Below, in pieces: positions 56,938 through 64,000 of a stretch of DNA of 64,000 nucleotides; within the stretch, counting starts at the first letter, position 1, and each line of letters opens with the position of its first letter. The stretch is from positions 8,976-72,975 of the forward strand of contig JBAZQK010000007.1 in the NCBI GenBank assembly GCA_041645215.1, in the 5' to 3' direction. The notes beneath the pieces are model-generated. The model did not search any database, had not been told where the DNA came from, and saw only the letters and a program-made list of their open reading frames with translations. The position numbers and the translations under genes are program-made. This DNA is from Patescibacteria group bacterium. Its GTDB lineage: Bacteria; Patescibacteriota; Patescibacteriia; Veblenbacterales; UBA10138.

Positions 56938-57855
56938 TTACGAATGTGATTTATACCAGCGCAAAGTCTGGCGCAAGCCGTCAATAATCGGCACCGTGGC
57001 CTGCCATTTCAAATCACGCTGGGCTTTTTGGGGGGATAAACAACTGCGATTTATATCCTGCTCGCGGGCGGGAGCATACTCAATCAGCGGCACCTCACCA
57101 ATTACTTCGCCAATCCTAACTGCCAACTCACGAATTGAAATTTCGGTTCCGGTCGCGAGATTATACACGCCCCGTCCCTGTTGCAGGGCCAGCGCCATTC
57201 CTTGAGCCACATCGGTCACGTAAATAAAATCACGCGTTTGCTGGCCGGTGCCGTCAATCAAAATTGCTTTGCCTTGCAATAACTTATTACAAAAAATCGC
57301 CACCACCCCGCCCTCGCCCCCAGTTTTCTGCCGCGGTCCGTAAACATTGGCCGGGCGCGCCACGACATAGGGCACACCAAAATCACTGGCATAATAAGCT
57401 AAATATTTCTCAATCGTTAATTTAGACAGCGCGTAGGGCGACCCCGGTTTAAGCGTCGCCTCTTCGGCGGCGGGGGTTATATCAGGCGCGCCATAGACCG
57501 CGGCCGAGGAAACAAACAAAAATTTTTTTAAACCTATATTCTTAACCGCCTCCAGTACATTAAGCGTACCGACAATGTTTATGTCGGCATCGTGCGCCGC
57601 ATCGTCGCGCGAGGCCGGCGCGCTTGATTGCGCCGCCAAATGACAGACGTAAGAGGGCTTAAGCCGGCGCGCCAGTGAGCGCAAATTGCCGGAACGGATA
57701 TCAAGTTTATGAAACTTGGCCGCGGGGGCGACATATTTTTTTTTGCCGCTGGATAAATCGTCCACCACCGTAACTTGCAAACCAGCCCGCAACAAAGCTT
57801 CCACCAAATGCGAACCGATAAACCCGGCCCCGCCGGTTACTAAAACGTGTTCCAT
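56938..57855 (-). CDS. NAD-dependent nucleotide-sugar epimerase (UDP-glucose 4-epimerase-like SDR)
   Basis: [28 protein letters not shown] and TRDFIYV motifs. Confidence 0.9.
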   Translation of the reverse strand: MEHVLVTGGAGFIGSHLVEALLRAGLQVTVVDDLSSGKKKYVAPAAKFHKLDIRSGNLRSLARRLKPSYVCHLAAQSSAPASRDDAAHDADINIVGTLNVLEAVKNIGLKKFLFVSSAAVYGAPDITPAAEEATLKPGSPYALSKLTIEKYLAYYASDFGVPYVVARPANVYGPRQKTGGEGGVVAIFCNKLLQGKAILIDGTGQQTRDFIYVTDVAQGMALALQQGRGVYNLATGTEISIRELAVRIGEVIGEVPLIEYAPAREQDINRSCLSPQKAQRDLKWQATVPIIDGLRQTLRWYKSHS

Positions 57856-57865
57856 AAAATAATTA

Positions 57866-59017
57866 TTAAACCGGACGAGACAAATATTTTTTTAACACCG
57901 TCACTTTATCCAATTTTTCCCAAGCCGGACCCGGCCAGCCAAAATGGCCATAAGTGGCGGTCGCGCGATAAATCGGCCGACGTAATTTAAGCTGCTTAAT
58001 AATAGCCGACGGCGTCAGCGGAAAATGACGACGAATAATTTTAACCAGATTATCCGCGCTCAAAGAGCTGGTATTAAAAGTGTTGACCGCGATGGAAACC
58101 GGCGCAGGGCGCCCAATTACGTAAGCCAGCTGAATATCACACTCGCCCGCTAAACCGGCGGCCACAATATTCTTGGCTATATAACGGGCGGCATAAGCGC
58201 CGGAACGGTCCACCTTGGACGGATCTTTGCCGCTAAAACAACCACCGCCATGGCGCGCCCGGCCGCCATAAGTATCAACCATAATCTTGCGGCCCGTTAA
58301 ACCGGTATCAGCTTGCGGACCACCAATTATAAATCGGCCCGTACCATTAATAAACACCTTAGTGCGGGCATCAAACATTTTACCGCAGACCGGCTTAATC
58401 ACCTGCGCCAAAATATCGGCGCGCAACTTGGTTAAGCTGACAAGGCGGTCGTGCTGCGCCGCTATCACCACATTATTCAACCTGACCGGCTGACCATTGT
58501 GATATTCCACTGACACCTGCGTTTTGCCGTCGGGCCGCAGATACTTGAGCCGCTTAGTTTTTCTGACCTCGGCCAAGCGTTTGGCCAAACGGTGCGCCAA
58601 CATAATCGGCAACGGCATAAATTCCGCGGTTTCGCGGCAAGCATAGCCAAACATAATGCCCTGGTCGCCGGCGCCCAAAATTTGGCCGCGCCCGACGCCG
58701 CGCTTAATATCGGCGCTTTGCTCATGCAACGACACCAGCACGCCGGCAGCGGCCCAATCAATGCCGTACTCCGCCTTGGTATAACCAATCTCCCGCAAGA
58801 CTTGGCGCGCCACTTTTTGCACGTCCACAAAACCGGTGGTTGATACTTCCCCGCCCACCACCACAATGCCGGTTGTGATAAAAGTTTCAATCGCCACCCG
58901 CGCGTCCGGGTCCTGGCGCAATAATTCATCTAACAGCGCGTCCGATATTTGATCGCAAATTTTATCAGGATGACCCTCGGTAACTGATTCCGAAGTAAAT
59001 AAACTTATATCCTTCAT
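57866..59017 (-). CDS. metK: S-adenosylmethionine synthetase
   Basis: [19 protein letters not shown] and GGGCFSGKD motifs. Confidence 0.98.
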   Translation of the reverse strand: MKDISLFTSESVTEGHPDKICDQISDALLDELLRQDPDARVAIETFITTGIVVVGGEVSTTGFVDVQKVARQVLREIGYTKAEYGIDWAAAGVLVSLHEQSADIKRGVGRGQILGAGDQGIMFGYACRETAEFMPLPIMLAHRLAKRLAEVRKTKRLKYLRPDGKTQVSVEYHNGQPVRLNNVVIAAQHDRLVSLTKLRADILAQVIKPVCGKMFDARTKVFINGTGRFIIGGPQADTGLTGRKIMVDTYGGRARHGGGCFSGKDPSKVDRSGAYAARYIAKNIVAAGLAGECDIQLAYVIGRPAPVSIAVNTFNTSSLSADNLVKIIRRHFPLTPSAIIKQLKLRRPIYRATATYGHFGWPGPAWEKLDKVTVLKKYLSRPV

Positions 59018-59019
59018 AA

Positions 59020-60033
59020 TTAATTGTTGCCTACGCCCAACATATTCTTATGCGCCAAAAAATAATCAACTGTTTTCTTTAATCCAACCTCCAGCGGCAC
59101 CAGCGGGAACCAGCCCAAAACTTCCTTAGCTTTAGTAATATCCGGCAACCCCTGACGTGATAAATAAGGCAACGATCCAACTGATTCAATGCCTACCTGA
59201 GCCGCGGTTAATTTAATAATCATCTCCGCCACCGCCTGAATAGTTTTTTGGTCAAGCGCGCCCAAATTAAATATGCCGCCCTCGTCATACTCCATTAGCT
59301 TTATTAAACCGTCCACCATATCAGAGACATAACAATAAGTTGACACTTCCGCCGTTGAACCATAAACAACCAAGGGCTTGCCCGTCACAGCGTGCATAAC
59401 AAAATCGGGAATCATCCGGCCGTCATTTAGTTTCATGCGCGGACCGTAGGTATTGAAAATTCGGGCCAGGCGCACGCTCACCTCACGATGCTGGCCATAA
59501 TTAACCACCAGACTCTCGGCAAACCGCTTACCCTCATTGTAACAACTGCGCGGACCAACCGGGTCAATAAAACCCCAATAACTTTCGGGAATTGGTTGGT
59601 CGTCCGTCGGGTCGCCATAGATCGCCGACGACGAAGCGTGCAAAAATTTAGCCCGGTATTTAACGGCCATTTCCAGCAAATTATAGGTCGCCGCGGCGTT
59701 AGCCTGCAAAGTTTCAATCGGCAGATTGTTATATTCTTTGGGGCTGGTGGGACAAGCTAAATTATAAATTTCCTGAATTCCCTGAAACTTCACTTTAAAA
59801 ATTTCCAGCTCGGCAAACTTATCCAAATCCAATGGCGCCGTCAGGTCGTGCCGTAAAAATTTAAAATTCGGATGCTGTAGTAAAAGATCAATATTTTCCT
59901 CGCTGCCGGTTAAAAAATTGTCCACGCAAATTACATTAGCGGTTGGAATAAGCTGGTCGCACAAATGCGAACCAATAAATCCGGCTCCGCCCGCCACTAA
60001 CACGTTTTTTCGCTCCAATAATTGTTTGTACAT
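59020..60033 (-). CDS. UDP-glucuronate decarboxylase (UDP-xylose synthase)-like SDR
   Basis: [27 protein letters not shown] and [13 protein letters not shown] motifs. Confidence 0.88.
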   Translation of the reverse strand: MYKQLLERKNVLVAGGAGFIGSHLCDQLIPTANVICVDNFLTGSEENIDLLLQHPNFKFLRHDLTAPLDLDKFAELEIFKVKFQGIQEIYNLACPTSPKEYNNLPIETLQANAAATYNLLEMAVKYRAKFLHASSSAIYGDPTDDQPIPESYWGFIDPVGPRSCYNEGKRFAESLVVNYGQHREVSVRLARIFNTYGPRMKLNDGRMIPDFVMHAVTGKPLVVYGSTAEVSTYCYVSDMVDGLIKLMEYDEGGIFNLGALDQKTIQAVAEMIIKLTAAQVGIESVGSLPYLSRQGLPDITKAKEVLGWFPLVPLEVGLKKTVDYFLAHKNMLGVGNN

Positions 60034-60047
60034 AGTTATGTTACTCT

Positions 60048-60222
60048 GAGATGGTTTCAAAACTCATTTCTGCTGTAATTTCATCTTTTCGGCTGCGACT
60101 TCGTCAGGCTTCGCAAAAAGGATTTCACCGTAATTATACTACGTTTCAATTCTTTTTGCTCGCCTTCCTCGTCTCGCGAGAAAAACTGAAATTTCGCCAC
60201 GAAAGAGTTTTGGAACCATCTC
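60048..60222. mobile_element. 175-bp GAGATGG-TIR MITE (second copy)
   Basis: TCT duplicated on the flanks; 172/175 identical to 27463-27637 in inverted orientation. Confidence 0.9.
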
Positions 60223-60260
60223 TCTAAGTTTAATGTAGCAATAATCTAATTTTAACTGAT

Positions 60261-60740
60261 TTAAAGCTTTTTTTCAAACTGGGATTGATCCAAAGTCTGA
60301 TTATCATTAAGTTGCCCGGAAACGGCTAAATTCGACTTAAAAACCCATAAATTTAAAATCGTAAAATAAATCACGGCCGCCGTCCCGTTTACCAAAAACT
60401 TGGCTGGCAAATCCGGCCAAGCCCCGCCGCCAACTAATCCCCATAACGACAATTCCATTACCCCCAAATATATAAGCGACACGGCTAAGAACCGACCATA
60501 CTGCTTAAGTGTACGATTGCTCCCTTGACCAAACGTCCACTGCCCGTTAATCAAGTAACTGCTTAAGTTGGCTACAAAAAATGACGCCGCGTTAGCCAAC
60601 AAATAAAATTCTCTCCCCCCGGGCACCCCCCGCGTCAGGGCAAAATAAATTGTAAAATCCAAAACAAAATTACCCGCCCCCACTACTAAAAACCGTCCCA
60701 AGCGCTTGGCTGGCGGCCAAATTAAGTCCAGTTTAATCAT
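60261..60740 (-). CDS. GtrA-family lipid-linked sugar translocase
   Basis: RFLVVG, SYLINGQWTF, AK and LWVF pattern; four TM helices. Confidence 0.9.
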   Translation of the reverse strand: MIKLDLIWPPAKRLGRFLVVGAGNFVLDFTIYFALTRGVPGGREFYLLANAASFFVANLSSYLINGQWTFGQGSNRTLKQYGRFLAVSLIYLGVMELSLWGLVGGGAWPDLPAKFLVNGTAAVIYFTILNLWVFKSNLAVSGQLNDNQTLDQSQFEKKL

Positions 60741-60762
60741 AATCTTTTAGACCTAACCCGGT

Positions 60763-63027
60763 TTAACGGGCTGTACCAACGGTTAAACCGCCCCGCCAAT
60801 TTTTGGGTTCAATAAAAAAACTTGACATAACTTGATTCTGACCATTAAACACTCGCACTTGCGGTCCGCCGCCCACGCCGGGGGTGGCCACTATTTCGCG
60901 GCTGCCATTACCATCGGTATCACCCACCGCCACGTTCACGCCGCCCCGGAAATTTTTAGCAAAGGCAAAAAACTGACGCAGAACGCGACCCTGATAATTA
61001 AACACTCGCACTTGCGGTCCGCCGCCGGCTCCGGGAGCAACTACTATTTCCGCCTTGCCGTCGCCATCGGTATCACCCACCGCCACGTTCACGCCGCCCG
61101 GGAAAGCCCAGGAAAAAGCGTAAAACTCGCTCCTTTTATTACCAAACTTGTCAAATACGCGAATCGGCAAACGCAAATTACCCGCGGGCGCGGTTACTAT
61201 TTCCGGCTGGCCGTCGCCGTCAGTATCGCCCACCGCCACGTTCACACCGCCAATATAAGACGGGTCGTACGGTATGAACTGGTACAGAATATTTCCCGCT
61301 TCATCATAAATTCTAACTAAATTAGAGCCGCCTTTGCCAACCCCAATTACAATCTCGTCTTTTTTATCAGCTGTAAAATCCGCCACCGCCACGCTCAAAC
61401 CACCCCGAAACTGTTCGGGCAAGGCCATAAATTGCGATTCCAACCCGCCTTTTAAATTAAAAATTTTGACATGCGGACCGCCGCCGGCCCGCGGCACAGT
61501 GACAACGTCAATTTGCCCGTCGCCATCCACATCACCGGCCGCCACATTAATGCCTTTGGTATAGCGCGCGTCATAGGCCAAAAACTTTTGCATTAATTCA
61601 CTGGATAAATCGTACAGCGCTATTTCCGCCGTGGCGTTAGTCTGCGGCGCTAAAAAAATCGGCGTCTTGCGGCTAAAGACTTTACTGCCGGCCAGCGCAA
61701 AGGCTTTTTGCAAATTCAGCCGGCGTCCCAACTGCCCCACCTGTCCCGGATTGGCATTGTCAACTAAATCGCCCGCGGCAATTAACACATCGCGCAGTTG
61801 TGACGGCGATAAATTGGGATAGGCTGATTTTAACAAGGCCAGCGAACCTGACACTAACGGCGCCGCCACTGATGTGCCCGACCAATAACCGCCATAATAA
61901 TCCTGAAACAAATTGTTGGCTTTATCAACAAACTGGGTACTATAAATTTTTACGCCCGGCGCCGCCAAATCAATGCACTTGGAACCAAAATTGGAAAACT
62001 CGGCTCGCACGTCGTTATCATCCACCGCCGCCACGCCAATCACCTGATTTTCACCATTAAACCCGTCACTACAAACCGGATAGTGCGGCTGCTTGTTCAT
62101 ATCTACGCCCATTTGCTGTTCATTACCCGCCGCCGCCACCACCAAAATGCCGGCCTGATAAGCGCGCTGAATCGCATCTTCCAAAATTGGGTCGGAAAAC
62201 TGACCGACAAAACTCAAATTGATAATATCGGCATGGTTAGCAATTGCGTACTGAATGCCGCGCGCTACCGTTACCGTGTCGCCCAAGCCACGGCCGTCCA
62301 ACACCCGAATGGGCATAAGGCGGGCATGCCAAGCCAGGCCCGCCACGCCTTGAACATTATTGCCGATGGCCGCGGCCACGCCGGCCACAATCGTGCCGTG
62401 GTTCATCGCCACCTCATTCCAACCGGCGTCAAACTTTGGTTCAGGGTCGGCCACATTGGCCACAAAATCCCAACCGTTCAGGTCGTCAATATAGCCGTTT
62501 TTATCATTGTCTTGTTTGTCGTTCGGCACCTCCCACGGATTAAACCAAATATTGCTGGCCAAATCCGGATTGCTGACATCGACGCCAGTATCAAGCACGG
62601 CGATTACGGAACGAATGGTTTGACTTTGCGGAACATCCCACGCCGCCGGGGCTTTAATCTTATCATAATAATTTTTTTGGAAATTGTAATCCAAATCATT
62701 TGGAATCAGGGCTAAACTGTACTGACGCACGGGCGCGACTAACTTAATGCCCGTCTGCTTGTTTAAATAAGCCTGCGCGGTTTGGGAGTTTAGCCGCTCG
62801 GAACAGCGATAACGCACAATTTGTGATGATGTCGTTACTGCCGCCAAATCGCACGGCGCCGCTACTTTAACCACCGCATCATTAACCACCGCGCCAGTAA
62901 TTTCCGCCGCCGGCAGCTTAGTAAATCCATTGTCAGCCCCATTAACGTTAGCTCCATTAACCAAAAACCCGAGCGCAACTGCCGGGACCACAAGCCAAAT
63001 AATTGTTCTGACTGGTCGTGAATTCAT
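60763..63027 (-). CDS. exported S8 subtilase with C-terminal FG-GAP-like repeats
   Basis: Catalytic triad DTG / HGT / GTSVAAP; repeated GGVNVAVGDTDGDG..EIV..PG.GGGPQVRVF units with a 153-bp nucleotide period. Confidence 0.93.
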   Translation of the reverse strand: MNSRPVRTIIWLVVPAVALGFLVNGANVNGADNGFTKLPAAEITGAVVNDAVVKVAAPCDLAAVTTSSQIVRYRCSERLNSQTAQAYLNKQTGIKLVAPVRQYSLALIPNDLDYNFQKNYYDKIKAPAAWDVPQSQTIRSVIAVLDTGVDVSNPDLASNIWFNPWEVPNDKQDNDKNGYIDDLNGWDFVANVADPEPKFDAGWNEVAMNHGTIVAGVAAAIGNNVQGVAGLAWHARLMPIRVLDGRGLGDTVTVARGIQYAIANHADIINLSFVGQFSDPILEDAIQRAYQAGILVVAAAGNEQQMGVDMNKQPHYPVCSDGFNGENQVIGVAAVDDNDVRAEFSNFGSKCIDLAAPGVKIYSTQFVDKANNLFQDYYGGYWSGTSVAAPLVSGSLALLKSAYPNLSPSQLRDVLIAAGDLVDNANPGQVGQLGRRLNLQKAFALAGSKVFSRKTPIFLAPQTNATAEIALYDLSSELMQKFLAYDARYTKGINVAAGDVDGDGQIDVVTVPRAGGGPHVKIFNLKGGLESQFMALPEQFRGGLSVAVADFTADKKDEIVIGVGKGGSNLVRIYDEAGNILYQFIPYDPSYIGGVNVAVGDTDGDGQPEIVTAPAGNLRLPIRVFDKFGNKRSEFYAFSWAFPGGVNVAVGDTDGDGKAEIVVAPGAGGGPQVRVFNYQGRVLRQFFAFAKNFRGGVNVAVGDTDGNGSREIVATPGVGGGPQVRVFNGQNQVMSSFFIEPKNWRGGLTVGTAR

Positions 63028-63170
63028 TAATACTATTATGACAAAAAATCGCTCATAAGGGAAGAGGTTATTCATTTAGCGATGATAATAATTTTATCAA
63101 AATCGCCGCCGCCACATCTTAAAAAAATAAGACCAAACAAAAAACAATTAAATTTTAAAACACCCGACAA

Positions 63171-63965
63171 ATACTTTGATACTGGGAAGCGAAGTCCCGC
63201 ACCGCCCGACTTGGTCGGACTGGTGCGTGGGTATGGAAGTTTTTGACTAAAAGGTAAGATTATCAATTTTTTAATAATTTAGCCAAGTCTTTATTCAGCT
63301 TACCTTTAATTTGTAATTTACTTAAAGTCTGATAAAGTCGCTTTTTTTGTTGCTGGTTGGCCAAGGCGATAATCTCTTTAATTAAAATCTCCGGCCAAAA
63401 ATACATAGGATACGAGCGGCGTATTTTGACCCACGGTGAATAATAATTTTCGCTATTACTTTTATCTTCATTACTAATATCTTTGTTCTTAGTGCGTTCA
63501 AATACGGCCCGAAAACCATCCCCCGCCTCTTGCAACCAAATATTTATTCGGGCTATAGTTTGGCTACTGACTTTTAAAGTTCGGGTGATATCTTGATAAT
63601 TTTTACCTTGCAACAATAGTTTGGCTATTTTAAGACGCTTAGCCAACATCGTTAGCTCGGAACGCGACAACAAATCCTGAAAAATCATTGCCACATCCTT
63701 AAAACCATGTATGGTCCCCAAAGAACGAAAAAAATCAAGCAACAAATCTTGCTCTTCTTTTTTAGATAAGCGGGCTTGAGGTGAAAATTTGGCCATAGTT
63801 TTTTTATATAATTTATTAGCAATTTTATTATACACCAATACTTTGATACTGGGAAGTATGGAAGTATTTTTTGAAGACAAAAAAAGACCACTGAATATTT
63901 AGCAAATACAAAAAGTGGTATTAAGCCTCAGTAAAATACTTTGATACTGGGAAGTATGGAAGTAT
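63171..63965. promoter_or_regulatory. three direct copies of a putative TrpR-like operator ATACTTTGATACTGGGAAGTATGGAAGTAT (63171-63240 interrupted, 63838-63867, 63936-63965)
   Basis: Two identical 30-bp copies upstream of the regulator, one 5 bp from its -10 box (TATAAT at 63827-63832 on the minus strand). The downstream copy is split by a 42-bp palindrome. Confidence 0.7.
63263..63796 (-). CDS. TrpR-like (YerC/YecD) HTH protein with a C-terminal extension
   Basis: FQDLLSRSELTMLAKRLKIAKLL.G.NY..I...LKVSSQTIARI motif. Start MAKFSPQ. Confidence 0.9.
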   Translation of the reverse strand: MAKFSPQARLSKKEEQDLLLDFFRSLGTIHGFKDVAMIFQDLLSRSELTMLAKRLKIAKLLLQGKNYQDITRTLKVSSQTIARINIWLQEAGDGFRAVFERTKNKDISNEDKSNSENYYSPWVKIRRSYPMYFWPEILIKEIIALANQQQKKRLYQTLSKLQIKGKLNKDLAKLLKN

Positions 63966-64000
63966 TATTCAAATACAAAAAGAGCTCTCAAGAGGACTGT

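Noticed and set aside
60832-61320. DGR template/variable repeat pair
   Set aside because: The repeats are in-frame FG-GAP units of the protease, mismatches are not adenine-specific, and no reverse transcriptase is present.

Overview
This window looks like chromosomal DNA from a Patescibacteria (CPR, probably Parcubacteria/ABY1-type) bacterium. That is an inference from the gene set, the many -10-box-plus-ATG leaderless starts and the dense intergenic palindromes. Core content, left to right: a PurH-like N-terminal domain, speA/speB, hpf, prs, the mur/ftsW/mraY cluster, a type IV pilus/competence cluster (pilB, pilC, three minor pilins, pilMNO), rpmA, pyrG, rplI, a CtpA protease, murA, dTDP-sugar genes, ahcY and metK, a large surface-glycosylation locus (GT2, GT4, GT-C, DUF2304, GtrA), an S8/FG-GAP protease and a TrpR-like regulator. 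I found no rRNA, tRNA, CRISPR-cas, transposase or integrase gene. The most unusual material is non-coding. (1) A CCCAGTA-ended miniature element carries a variable number of GCTCGC-delimited cassettes, shares one cassette almost identically between two loci, duplicates start codons and points an extended -10 box into downstream genes. (2) Two small HTH regulator genes are bracketed by direct repeats of their apparent operator, and the distal copies are split by palindromic insertions. (3) An integrase-less attC cassette stretch has genes enclosed in 22-23 bp inverted repeats. (4) IS200/IS605-type miniature elements sit in frame inside two glycosylation genes. (5) A promoter-led unit at 6.0-7.6 kb alternates structured-RNA candidates with orphan ORFs. 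All alignments, folds and coordinates were worked out by eye; no database search was run.
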